Below, in pieces: positions 51,301 through 63,600 of a stretch of 64,000 bases of DNA (its first letter is position 1; each line of letters begins with the position of its first letter). The notes beneath the pieces are model-generated. The model was not told where the DNA came from, ran no database searches, and saw nothing but the letters and a program-made list of their open reading frames with translations. The translations under genes and the position numbers were made by a program. The DNA comes from Xylographa opegraphella (Eukaryota), in contig JALDZX010000006.1 in the NCBI GenBank assembly GCA_022813865.1, positions 186,001 to 250,000 on the forward strand, written 5' to 3'.

Positions 51301-53177
51301 ATGAGCAATACACTCCTGGAGGCAGACCGATCATACCTCAGTTTGGCCGTGAGGATAGCTCGAGCCCCCTCAAAGTGAAGCCCTCGTTGTCCTCCCTGCG
51401 CAACGCCTTGGACGTCGTTGGAACACCCGCGGCCGAGGGTCCCAGCACCAAGGGTCGATTGCCTGGATCGGGCACTCCACTCGGTTCAACCTCCACTATC
51501 ACTGACATCAAGCTTTCCGATGCTCCAAGATCCAATTCTGTACCTCTGCCATCGGTTTCTGATTCGGGAAAAGATTCACACTCATCAACTTCCGAGAAGC
51601 CCGCCTATACTCCGTTCATCTACAACGAGGGCCGGCCTTACGAGGGCGACAAGGCCACGAATCGTCAAAGTATATACCAGCCGTTTTCAAAGCTATTACG
51701 ACAGGGTTCTCAGCGTCAAGGCTCGATTTATTCGAAACCGGAGAGCATCAAGGAGCCTCCTCTTCCGCAGAACGATCGCCTCAATAGCAGCTCCAAGCCT
51801 AGGGAACAATTGATCACTGAAACTCTCGAACCTGGAAGAGAAACAGGAGCGGCTACCAATGCTACATCTCAGCAAGTGATCATGCCTCCGAAGCAAAGGT
51901 TTTCGATACTTGAGCCCCTGGTTGTCGTTGTTCCTCGGAACAGTGTCTTACGCCCCGAGCCACAGCAGATCATCCAGCTCAGAAGTGAGATCGCGTTGGT
52001 TCCGGACGAGTTCGGATTCATCCGCGACACGGTGATTGCGTGGGATAAGGAAATGAAACGAATTCTCGAGGTACATGACAAAGAACGGCACATCAGACAA
52101 GGTGAAAATGAACAGAGGATCGATGCACTCTTCAACGAGAACGAGATCGGGTATGGAGATATTGCGGAGCTGGAACTCGAGTGCAAGAGATCCGAGGCTG
52201 CCAGGAAATCCGACGAAGATCGAGGGGAGTACGAGTCTTTTGTCACTACGGTATTCGACGTGGTCTGGGCGCGATTACACTTTGAGATGGATCTGCTCAA
52301 TCCACTGTACGATCGATGCATTCAAATGCTCAACGACGCAACGGCAGGCAAGGAAATGTTCGAGGACAGAGGCGACAGGGTGCCTATTGCGTCCGCGATG
52401 GACAGCTTGCTGGTGCTGTACCAAAAGCTCAGCGTGCGCCATCAGAAAGCGTTCGAAGCGGTACTCGAGCGGGACCGTCGGGCCAAACGGACGGAAGTGG
52501 CACCGTGGTATGCCTCGGGTAATATTGGCAAGGTGAAGAAGATCGAGAAACGGTGCGATGACGCGGAGAAGAAGGCGATTCTCGAGTTTTGTGACCAACG
52601 CGATCAGCGGGCCAACCTGCTGATGGATGTGCTGGACCAGAACACGTTGCGGGGGGTGGGGTCGAATCAGGACTACATGGAGTCGGTGATGCAAGCCGTG
52701 CGCAAGATCGCGCTCGACGTGGCTCTCGGAGGGGTGGACGAGGACACGGTGGTGTCGACGGAGGAGGTGTTGAAGGCGAAGACGATCACGGCCGCGCTCG
52801 CGCGGTCGTCGGAACAGATCGTGCAGACCTTCCACGTGGCGGACATGCTGCTCAACTCGGCCGACTACGAAACATCAGTGGCCAGTGCCCGGTTGGCGAA
52901 CGCGGACGCGGCGGCCTTCAAACGGCTGCGCGAAGCGAAGGCGAAGGAGGACCAGAAGCTGGTGAACGACCTGGAACACCGCATGTCCCTCATCCGGGGC
53001 GACACGAGCCGGACGCAGGACGAGATCACGAAGCTGCTGTCCCTGCTCGGCCACAGCCCGGCCGAGAGCACGCCTCCGCGGGCGACGTCGGCGCCGGCGG
53101 ACCCGGACCGCGAGTCGCGACTGCTGGCGGCGCTGGAGGAGGCGAAGCGGAGGAACGCGCCGGGCGAGGGCCGTTGA
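48346..53177 (+). CDS. Large hypothetical protein (~1,560 aa), disordered N-terminal two-thirds and helical/coiled-coil C-terminus
   Basis: Introns 48473-48526 and 48880-48959 link ATG 48346 to the 1410-codon ORF. Motif-like islands ASALGFGGPSDWE and DPYANLDAWAKASLNRY; no known domain recognised. Confidence 0.8.
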
Positions 53178-54866
53178 GGTGGTGGTGGTTGTCGATGAGT
53201 TTTTTTTTCTCTATCCAAATATCAAGTTCGCTTCCTTGTACTTATGCGTCATGGTCACCGGTTCCGGGGGGGAGGAACGATGCCCGCCCCCATAATTTTG
53301 AGCGAGGCGAAGAGGATTTTTTGGGTTACATATTACATATTTCTGGCGAGTGATATTGGGGTTTTGGAGTTGCAGGCCTTGGGGGGTGGGCAGCCACGAG
53401 TGGAGGAGCTCACGCCACATCTTCCTCCCCCGGTGGCGCTGGGTGGTTTGGGTGCACATTTCTCAATAATCTTTTTCTGCCGCCCATCAGCCGATTTGCA
53501 GCGACGATGGGAAGGCATCGCAGTTCAACGATGGAAAAGCTTTCCACCCTTTCAGATCACGCCCATTACATAAGGTGACACTGTCGTGTCGAAATAATCT
53601 GTCGCAACCAATGACGCGCGCGGCGGGAGGGGGGGGTTGCGATCGGCCACAACACCAATCTTTCTCCCCATCATCGTGGACCAATCGTCAGGGCTGTGGG
53701 CTTGGCGTGGCTGAAGGGGGGCGCGCCCGGCCGACGAAAGTACCGAATGCGGTAATGCGGGCTTGGTGGCGAGGGAAAGGGGTTATGTGATTGGTCGGAA
53801 ATTGGGCTGGGGGGGGGGGGTTAACTGTGTTACAAGCAGTGCGACGAGTGCCCGCTACCGCGTAAGGTATGGCCGATTAAGTCGGGATTGGTTTAGCGGG
53901 GGAATATGGGGGAAGTAGGCGAAGTCACGTTCACTCCTGGTGGCGGGAGGGCGGTTGCGCCGGGGCCGATGAGGGCATGCGACTGGTCCGATCCCCAGGC
54001 GGGAGGGTCCTGAACGTGGGCCTGCTGGCCCGGGTTTGGTGGTTATCAGATCGTCCCGTGCTGTGTTGTGTGCGGGAAGACGGTGGCTTCGAAAGGGGAG
54101 CGAGAGTCCGTCCGTCCAGTGCGGTGTGGCGCGTCGGGCGGATCGTGCCTCCTCCATTGGGTGAGGGGCGGGCGGTGGCTGGTCGCTGCCGATCTCCCCC
54201 TCCCCCCACCCCTCCGCCCGCCTGCAAACATCTCCGTCAGAGGTCATCGGCAGATGTGGAATCTGGTATTTGGGAGGTTGGGGTACGGAAGGGGGACAAG
54301 GTGTTGGTTTTTTTTTTTGTTGTGTCTGTGTGGGTTTGTGGTTCAATAGATGTGGTTTTTCTGCGGTGCTGGGTAGACTGCCTTACCTACCCTTACCTTA
54401 CGTACTTAAGGACTTTCTATGATGCAGGCAGGGGGACCGGATGGGAGAGACGTCAGGGCTGAGATGTCGGTCCCCCTCGTTCGTCTTGTCGTTCTTGTGG
54501 CTTGCCAGCTCGAGCGGTTGATTCACCTATATTGCATGCGGCCTCCGCACGAAGCGTTAAACCATCATCGTCGTCATCCACGTCGATGCCTATTGGTTAG
54601 GACGTGCCTCCTAGCGGGGTTCTCGCAGGGGATGGGGGGGAAGGGGGACGGGGGGGGCCTCTGCAGCTGGACGATGGACGGAGTCCCCCTGACAGTCGCC
54701 CCACTGGCCGCTAAACCCACCGTCCCTTTCACACGAGTTGAAGCCCAATTGGACCCTGGTCTCCACTGTGGCTCAGCCTTTCCCAGCTTGCTCGTTCCAG
54801 TAAAAGGGAACTTTCCCTTCAAGCCTCTCGCCTCTTTCTTTCCCTTCGAACCTTTGCCCCCCCCCC

Positions 54867-54925
54867 NNNNNNNNNNNNNNNNNNNNNNNNNNNNNNNNNN
54901 NNNNNNNNNNNNNNNNNNNNNNNNN
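54867..54925. other. Assembly gap (59 N) inside a poly-C tract
   Basis: Run of N flanked by C homopolymers. Confidence 1.
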
Positions 54926-55990
54926 CCCCCCCGAACTTCTTGAACTTGCTGCTAAATCACTAACTCGTACGGCCCCGTCCCGAACACTTGACATCTCCAA
55001 CTACCTTACACAATTGAAAGCTCTGTCCATGCTCCCGTCTTCCTCCATCACAATAATCCCACAATAATTGAAAAAGCTTCCTGCACTCACCCCCCAATCC
55101 CACAAAAAGCCGCCTGAGACTCGCACAGCTGACAGCCACCCCGCCACCCAACGTTTCCCGCCCAAAGTCCGCGACCGCCACACTTCCCCGAGAAAAAAAT
55201 TAGTTGGCTGCTCGACACACTGCTAGCTGCGGCGCTGAGGCTGACCACCAGCTTGCACTTTGAAACGAAGCCTCCAGCTGCAACCTGCCTCTTTCTCTCT
55301 CCCACTCTTCCCTGGTCGCTTCCCAGCCATGTTCGAGTAGGCTTGTTGCGATCCTCAGTCGCGGCGCAACGTTGGGGACCCAGTACACGTTCGGTCCGTC
55401 CTTCAGCCTCGAAAGACTCGTCGCCGTCGCTTGGACGCCGTCATCGGCCGCAGAAACACAACCACCGAGGGCAGCTCGAGGACAGCTGGAGAAGCAGTAG
55501 TTCGCGTCTCAACGGGGCACCATCGTTTGAGGTCGGCGAAAGACCGGGTGGGTGTAATCGGTTGAGGCTCACTTTCCATTGGCAACAGGTACGTGGCCGT
55601 AGCTTTTCCTGCGATACACGGTGCGCACCTCGACGACTTGGGCCTGCGCAACCACGCGGTGGGCACGGAGATGGGACCTCGAACTCTGTCGCACCTGTCG
55701 AGCATCCCAATTGTTCCCTTATTCGTCAGACCGAACCTAAAAGATTGCCAAGGTGTTCAGAACGTCATGCGGTCCGAGGTGGGATTTCGTGCCCAGTCAA
55801 AAAGCGTGGGCGGTCGTGCTGGCGGGCTATGACCGTCGTCCTCAGCATCACTTCTTATGCTAACACGGGTTTTTCCACATTCAGATTGTTCATATCTCAC
55901 ACACATATTTCGGCACCCTCACATTAATCTGACGAACGACACACCACGATACCGACTTTTACGGTCCTTACCTTCTTCACACCCACCTAC

Positions 55991-58051
55991 ATGGCAGAGT
56001 CCGTCACGATCGCCGCGAAGCAGCCCACCCCCACGGCCGAACCTGTACTTAATACCGCTCTTCCAACCACCCCTGCTTCGACGGCTTCTCCAACGGACCG
56101 TTCGTCCACCGCGGATGCGGGCACCTTCCTCAAGCCGGTGAACCCCCGCAAGCGAGCGAGAAATCCGGGCAGCCCTCTGTCTGCGTCTGTCACGAGTGCG
56201 AGTTTGGGCAGGGCTCCGTCACAGTTCTCGCCCAAGTCGATCCTGTCCCCACTGACGTCGCCCGTGGAGTTGACCGCTGCAGCGGCAATGTCAGAGCAGA
56301 AGAAGCGCAAGATAGAAATCGAAAAGGAACAGGCGAGACAACAGAGCCCCAACCCGCAGACCGCTGCTCTGGGTGCACTCTTGGGAGCCCAGGGCAATGG
56401 GATGAGCAGGCCGTCGGATGCCCCCGCCGCGGCCACCACGCTCAATGCGACGATCGCTTCCATCGCTCCCGTCCTATCGATCCCGAACCATACACCAGGC
56501 GAAAGCAGTCTGCAAACCAGTCCCGTGAGCATGTCCAGCTTCGGCACTCTGGACAGCACCGGAGCAACCACGACGACCGCCAATGGTGGCCAGGTCGCGA
56601 GTCCTGCTCATATGGCGGAGGATTCGACTCATGAACCAGAGTCGAGGCCGACCTATCCTCTCAATCGAGCCGGCACCGACGAGGGACATTCGAACAAAGC
56701 CTTTACGTTTCCAGGGCCGCTGCTCGGCTTGCAGGCGAACGACCCGAGGCGTGGGGTGAGCCTTCCTGGCTCCTCCAATCTTGCGCGTGACGAATCCCGG
56801 TCGCCTTCGTCCTCGAACAAGAAGCATAAATGCCCGTACTGTTCGACAGAATTCACCCGCCATCACAACTTGAAAAGCCATCTACTCACGCATAGTCATG
56901 AAAAGCCCTATATGTGTCAAACGTGCGATTCGCGTTTCCGACGGCTGCACGACCTGAAACGACATACGAAACTACACACTGGGGAGCGACCTCATGTGTG
57001 TTCGAGATGTAAACGCAGCTTCGCACGCGGAGATGCACTTGCCCGACACAACAAAGGTCAAGGCGGCTGCGCGGGCCGTAGATCGAGCGTGGGTAGTTAT
57101 GGCGGGGATGGTCAGGGTGGGGATGAGGGCATGGAGGGGATCATGTACGCCGGCGAAGCATCTCACGAGCCAGATAATATGGATGACGATGAGGAGGCTG
57201 GCGAGGACCGGGGACAAACGTTGCCAAGTATACGCCGGCACGAGGCTCCTCCGGATCCGCACTACCGACAGTCGCAAGACAGCCAACAAGCATATCAATC
57301 CCGGCAACCGAGTACCTACCCTCCCGTTGCCTTGAAACAGTCATCCGCCATGCGGGGGTTGTTCCCTCCCACATCGACCCATGGCGGCTCCAGCACGTCC
57401 ACCTCCCCAGGGACGCCGGGCACTTCGATCCCTGCGTATATCTCGGGAGGGAGCATCACATCCTCCTTCCAGGGCCCCGGACCGAGTGTGTTTGCGCCGG
57501 GAAGCATGATCGAAAGCCCCAAACCTCTGTCTCCCGGAGGCATGACTTCGATCCAGCAGAATCACCCCGACAGCGGTCTTCACCGAAACCGGTCGCCCAG
57601 TCTCACACAGCAGTTTCAGCAACAGCACTACGGCCGACGGACGCTCAACCGGGCTGCCTCACCCCCGATGAGTCTGCCGCTACCTCTGGTAGGCTCCACT
57701 CACTCACACGCTCCTCACCTACCATCGCTCGTCGGCCTCAACCCTCCTGAACCACGGTACACCCTGCCCAGCCAGGCGCCTGGTCCACCGCATGGTCCTC
57801 CGCATCCTTCGGGCGGAGGGACACCCACGAGCTACCATTCGCAGCACGGCGGCATGTCGTCTAACAGCAACAGCCATTCCAGCCACGGCACGCAGCCGCA
57901 CGGCAGTGGCGACCGGGCCACGCTGCCGTTCCCGCAAGCCGAAGACCGTCTCTGGGCCATGGTCCGGGCCCTTGAAGCAAAAGTCGACCGTCTCCAGGAG
58001 GAAGTCACGAGCCTTCGATCCCAAGTCGCGGCCGGATCGACCCGCCAATAA
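55991..58051 (+). CDS. C2H2 zinc-finger transcription factor (three Crz1-like fingers, C-terminal coiled coil)
   Basis: Single coding exon, 686 aa. Fingers CPYC..HLLTH, CQTC..HTKLH and CSRC..HNKGQGGC with HEKPY/TGERP linkers; terminal heptads LWAMVRALEAKVDRLQEEVTSLRSQV. Confidence 0.92.
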   Translation: MAESVTIAAKQPTPTAEPVLNTALPTTPASTASPTDRSSTADAGTFLKPVNPRKRARNPGSPLSASVTSASLGRAPSQFSPKSILSPLTSPVELTAAAAMSEQKKRKIEIEKEQARQQSPNPQTAALGALLGAQGNGMSRPSDAPAAATTLNATIASIAPVLSIPNHTPGESSLQTSPVSMSSFGTLDSTGATTTTANGGQVASPAHMAEDSTHEPESRPTYPLNRAGTDEGHSNKAFTFPGPLLGLQANDPRRGVSLPGSSNLARDESRSPSSSNKKHKCPYCSTEFTRHHNLKSHLLTHSHEKPYMCQTCDSRFRRLHDLKRHTKLHTGERPHVCSRCKRSFARGDALARHNKGQGGCAGRRSSVGSYGGDGQGGDEGMEGIMYAGEASHEPDNMDDDEEAGEDRGQTLPSIRRHEAPPDPHYRQSQDSQQAYQSRQPSTYPPVALKQSSAMRGLFPPTSTHGGSSTSTSPGTPGTSIPAYISGGSITSSFQGPGPSVFAPGSMIESPKPLSPGGMTSIQQNHPDSGLHRNRSPSLTQQFQQQHYGRRTLNRAASPPMSLPLPLVGSTHSHAPHLPSLVGLNPPEPRYTLPSQAPGPPHGPPHPSGGGTPTSYHSQHGGMSSNSNSHSSHGTQPHGSGDRATLPFPQAEDRLWAMVRALEAKVDRLQEEVTSLRSQVAAGSTRQ

Positions 58052-58271
58052 GCGACTTTCCCCCCCTCCACCTTGTGTCTATAAACAAACAAATACCCAC
58101 CCACCCCGGATCTGACGAAACATCTCTCCGATACAAAAAACAAGGACATTTACCTCGCTCTCATAAAAAAGCTTCCCCGCATTTCTTATCCTCGCTTGAC
58201 GAAATCTGTACCATATTCCCCCCCCCCCCCCTTTGCCTGCTTTCCACATTTTTCCCTCCCCTTTTTGGTGC

Positions 58272-58316
58272 GCTTGCTCCTGCTCTTGCTCCTGCTCTTG
58301 CGCGCGCGCGCGCGCG
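58272..58316. repeat. Low-complexity repeat: (GCTCYT)n followed by (CG)8
   Basis: Direct reading; (CG)8 at 58301-58316. Confidence 0.85.
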
Positions 58317-58732
58317 GCATCGACCATCCCTTCTGGCGGTCCCGGGCGTCCTTCCTCGAGCACCTTTTCACGCTGGGAAGCTCAGCACACGAAGTTTCAT
58401 CGAGCTCTCCCGGCTCGCGGGCCGGCGGCAAGCAACAAGCCAGGTTTTTTTTTTATCCCCCGCGGGGTCGGTCTCCCTTGCATGGCGGTGGCGGTGGCGG
58501 TTGGGGGCGCGGCAAGGCGTTGTGGGTCGATCGACGGACGACGGAATGGGGGGTTGTCGGCGAATGTGTGGCTTTTGCTTTCTTTCCTTTTCTTTCGCTT
58601 GTGCTTTTGGGGTGGGGCCGGTGGTGGGAGGGTTTGAGGAGAGGATGGAGGGAGGGAGGGATGGAAAGAAGCTGCTTCTTCCCTCTTCTGGCGATCTTGG
58701 CCCCCGGTTCCCGGTGCTTGCGGCCCTCGCGC

Positions 58733-58763
<31 letters not shown>

Positions 58764-59932
58764 GGGTCTTCCCTTTTCGCTTGCTTCGCTTCGCTGTGCG
58801 GGGCTTGCTGGAGACCGTGCCTGTGTCGTCGTCGTCGTGCTTCGTTTGGCGGAGCGGTGCGGAGCGAGGGGGAGATGGAGAGCGTGTACGATAGTCGATC
58901 GGCCTTGCCGCTGTGCTGCTCTGACACCGCGGGGCTGATACGTACACGACGACCACGACCACAACCACGATGGCGCGGGGGTGGGGAGGGGTGGAAGTGG
59001 TCGGATAGATATGAAAAGACAAGACGAGATGAGATAAGATAAGACCGAGTGGACTGCTTGCTGTGTGTGTTGCTGTGTCGTGTCGTGCTATGTCGAGCTC
59101 CGCTGTAACGGTCGTAGAAAATTTGCCCCCCCCCATCCGAAACGCCGCATCGAGCGGGCGGCCCTCCTTCGGCAACCATCATCCCCAAATCGCACCTATG
59201 CGCCGCAACGTTGCTCCCGTTACTCCACCGCCTCCGCGCTCTATGCCGTGGCCGTGGCCTTGGCGTTCGCTTCCCCGCTTGGAGCCTGGCTGGCGAAGCG
59301 TGCTGTGCCTGCGGAGCTTGCGAAAACCCGCAATCCACTCACTCCCCTACCGCTTGCGTGGGCTATTCGCTCTGCTCCCACTCTGCTCTGTGGTCTAGAT
59401 CCCGCCCCCGCTGCGTCGTCGTCGCTGCTGCTGCTGCTGCGGGAATGGGGTGGCTAGATGGATGGGCTGGCTGGTTCCGTCGGCGCAATGCCCGCTTTGT
59501 CTGCGCTCCGCCCGCGCTTTTGTCTGCGCTTAAGTTGTCGGGCGTTTTCATGCCGCCCCGCCCGGGCTTGTTGACGGCTAGTTTCCGGTTCGGGTGGTGG
59601 ATGGGGTGGCGGGTGGGGTTGGAGACGGAGATGGGGCGGAGATGGCGCGGAGTACCTTGGTGGTGGTGTTGGTGGATTTTCGAGGTGGGGGAGGGGGGGG
59701 GGATTTGGGTTTGTGTGGTATGGGAGGTGCAAAGCAGTTGCGAACGAAAGGCGGAAGGTCTTTCACAACGCGGAGTCGGTGGAACGGACAGTTGGCAGGC
59801 AGTGCACCGGCTCGCTACAGCTGGTGGGGAAGGAAAGATTAGGGTTTTTATGTCTGCTGCATTGCAGACGAGCGTTTGGTTGATATAGTCGACGGATTGG
59901 TTATGCAGGCCTGGGATATAGACTGCGAGGCA

Positions 59933-60627
59933 TTAACCCCTATCGGCATGATGTTCTAGCGGCAGTAGTCCCAAGTCATTGATAATGTACACAACGATAA
60001 GAATTCCAGAAATTGCTGGCGCTCGACCCACAGTGTCCCAAATACAACCACACTGGAATATATACTCGCGTCCGTCTACCACGAGTTTCCGAAAGTCATT
60101 CCCTCCATAGCCAAGGTCGTATCGCGGGATAGCTGACGACTGCCGCGATTCGAACAACCCGATAGAATCGTATCGCGATGAAGATCCGAAGACTTCCTAC
60201 TATATTAATTCCAGATACCCACGGATACCTCGATGCAGGCACTGGGTCTTGCAAACACGGCCGTTGGCGTTGATGGTCGTCGTTGCTCCTGTTGATCGCT
60301 CGTGCTCTAACTCTGTACAGCACGTCGATTCCAGAAAATCCTGCGGGACCACGGATAAGAGAATAAGCAAATGCTCAATCCGATCACGGACGTAGTGCCA
60401 ACGTACGTGACACCACATCTTGCTTCTGCGATATTCATATCAGTAATTATTACTTGCCTGACAACTCTCAGATGCTGTATCAGAATAAGGGATCCGTGTG
60501 TTGCTACTCCCTCCACAATGCCGGCCAAGTACTGTTCATCGCTGAGTCTCTTGATTGCGGAAGATGCTGTCCGATGAGCTCCACTGTCCGAGTTTGAGCT
60601 CGCGCCACAGTGTGGCAGGAGTATCAA
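59933..60627 (-). pseudogene. Possible decayed gene fragment
   Basis: ORFs 60200-60418 and 59933-60157 share a frame and are separated only by TAG-TAG (...YLELI**EVFGSS...). A protein-like stretch lies upstream in another frame. No family recognised. Confidence 0.25.
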
Positions 60628-63600
60628 TTGACGACGGCTGTCAAGACCTTCATCGATGTAGGGTTCGAGTAAGTCGGATAGTGATGCTGAAATATCTTGC
60701 TCGCGTTAAGGAGCTGATATATGAGCAAGAGTGATGACTCTGTAAATATAGGGAATAGTTCGTCTCAATCACGAAGAATCTGACAGTATGGTTGTGCCAG
60801 TTAAACATGGAGTAACAGGTATGATGTCCATATTATACCAAGTGCGCTCGGTTCAAAGGTTGGCGGCTTCGAGGAGGGAGAGCTTTGGATCTTGCTGTAG
60901 AAAGTATATCTGAGCCTGTTGTGGCTATGTTGTAGAAGAGTTGCAATGTCGGCGCCTAAAACTACGCCGGAAATGTGAGCCACTATTTAAAAAGCCGTGC
61001 CACGGAGCAAATACAAATAGAGAGATTCTTTGATGCCAAGGACCAGAACTGAGCCACTGGCAAATGGTACGTCCCTGACCATAACCCGTTCGGTATTCTA
61101 TTTTTGAGTTGGACAAACTGCGGAAAGCTGGAGTCCAATGGAATGCAGGTAGGAAAGGACCGAGGTATAGTGTTTCCAATGTACTAAGCATGGACTGTTT
61201 TCCCTCCAAGGCAACACCAATGTCAAGAAGTGTTACGACGTGCTCATCCCAAACCAGTTGTGACGAAATGACCAAGGCTCATGCTCGACGTGCCTCCTCC
61301 TGGTCGAGGGGAAAGGAGACGAAGGTTCAACAGTTCACAGCATTCCTGTCATCACGAGGCAATCCTTTAGCCTAGACCGTATCCACTGAGTAGGAGATTG
61401 GAAATGTGCGGAAGTCGCCGGAGGATCCTTGTGACCGAAATCCTTCCATTCCGCGCCTCGACTCATTGCCGCGAGAGTAAGGAGGCTATGTCGGCGTAGA
61501 GGTGCAGAGGCAGTATACTATTACTCGATCCAAGCATATGCTATTTGAGGTCACTTGCCTGTGTGAATGCAGGTAATCAAGAAGTTGACACTTGACAGGT
61601 CTTCCTGGTGGTCAGGATTTGAGTAAATGGGATGCCTGTAACGACTCGCCACCGATCTTCTCTTCAGTCGTTTCAATACGAATTGTAAATAACTGCAGGC
61701 GATCCAAATCAAGGAACGCTGCAGACTTGTTCATCGACAATCAGTGGGAACCATGATCACTTGCGTTTCAGGGTGGCCTGCTCAATCGCAACTCCTTCCG
61801 CAGCGATCGCCTCCCCGTTGCTCTTGTCCACAGAACTGACAGCAAGGATATGCTTGTCTTCTATTTGTCAGCAGTCAACCACGCTTCTGCCAACGAACTC
61901 CAGATCTTCTCGGTGCGTTTGTTCTCGTTCCAAGGTCGCTCGGCTGCGTAAGGACTGCATAAACCAGGAACGCCGATCAGACGGACGAAGAGCTAATACA
62001 CTTGTCATGATCGATAATGGGACCGTAGATGGCTGAACCTTCGTTTGCATCATCAAGGCTAGGAGCCAATGACTCCCCTGACGTCCAGCGAACCGTGCCA
62101 GGCATGACCTTACGCATAAGTGGAAACCAAGGAGCTGGAACCCTTGGTCGAAGTGCTAATTGAAGGTAGCCAGGCGTGCTGTGGATAGCGTACCTGACAG
62201 GGGACGCCGGTTCCCCCCCTTCTCTATCGCAGCGATCATTTATGGCGTGGCCATCGACAGACGACCATAAGGGAAGAAATTATCTGTACCAAGGGTGCCG
62301 CACCCTTTTGCTCCCCACATACTAATAAGATAGAGTTCGAGCAGGCAGTGGAAAGTGTACCTGAGCGCCTTCATCGCAGGAAATACACCATTAGGAGTAT
62401 TTCCCTACCGGCCCGTCTCAGCGTCGGGTGGCGTAAAAAACCGAAAGTATATCTTTCCGCATCCGACGCCGTAGGAATTTTGGGGCGTTTATCATCCGAT
62501 GGCGCTCTTGGAACAGGCGCTTCCCTTTCCGATCGTATGTGCTTACAGTAAATTCTGACCCTAAAAGATTGCTACGGCTCATCATAGCTTCGATAATGCC
62601 TGACAGGGGTTGATAGATACATACCGGCATCTCAGCACCCACAGTCTGTGCCAAGTAGAGATACAGAGCGAATCAGCTGATCAACTCCTCATGCGGCACC
62701 ACCGCCAGCTGAACAGCTGAAACACCACGTAGCCGTGGTTATGTATACAGAGGCTTAACGGCCTTGCTTTATTGTGGGGCTAGAACACTGCCCAAGGTGA
62801 CAGCCGGAGGAGGCTGGAGAAGTGTCGATCCTCAAACACATCCAACCGTACCGGAATTGAGCAGGCCGCGTGGAAGCTAGCATTGGAAGATCCAGGTCGA
62901 CATCAGAATCCACGTAGGCGACGACGCATAAGCACGTGGTAGGTAAGCCCATGATGTCGACTAGAGTGAGCCTGCAATGAAGTTGATGGTGTTCTGCCAC
63001 GCGATATGATTAGCTGAACTCATTGCGTGACCTTCATCCGTGCTCGGCGGTGTTATCCTTATAGGAGGATGACCCGACGGTAATCGAGATGAACCATCCG
63101 CTTGACAGGTTCTGCCTCGGGATATTATTCGAATCCCACACCTTGTGGCAGCTCGATATGAGCTGAGATGCAATTTAACCAGATATGGCACCTTGCACCC
63201 GTTGATTCAGCTTCGGAGCGTTCCTGAAGCTATCAAGCGTCCCGAAATCATATACGCGCCTCAGTGATTCACGAATGATATCAATATTGAATTTCTGAGT
63301 AAAAATTAATGCGGAACTTTCTCGAAGTTTCGCAGCCATGGATGTAGCATTGCTAATGCAAGTAAAAGCCTAACGGATAATATAAGGCGTAGGTTCATCT
63401 TGTGTGTATACTGATTGGATGCACCGGAGATCAGTGAGAGCGGTAGACCAGCCGCAACACTCTATTACCAGATACTCCGTACATCTTGATACAATAACCA
63501 AGACGCGATAATTGCGTTTGCGTCTTGACATAATAACACAGCCATACAATCTCGAGGACGATCATAAGTCATCTTAAGTGGTCGTACGATATAGAAACAA

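Noticed and set aside
55991..58051. Calling the C2H2 gene CRZ1/crzA
   Set aside because: It lacks the long-spaced third finger of Crz1 and the fingers are central rather than C-terminal, so no symbol is given.
58075..59338. Several 200-310 aa ORFs on both strands after the C2H2 gene
   Set aside because: They translate microsatellites (ARARAR, VLVLVL, HEHEHE) in GC-rich low-complexity DNA.
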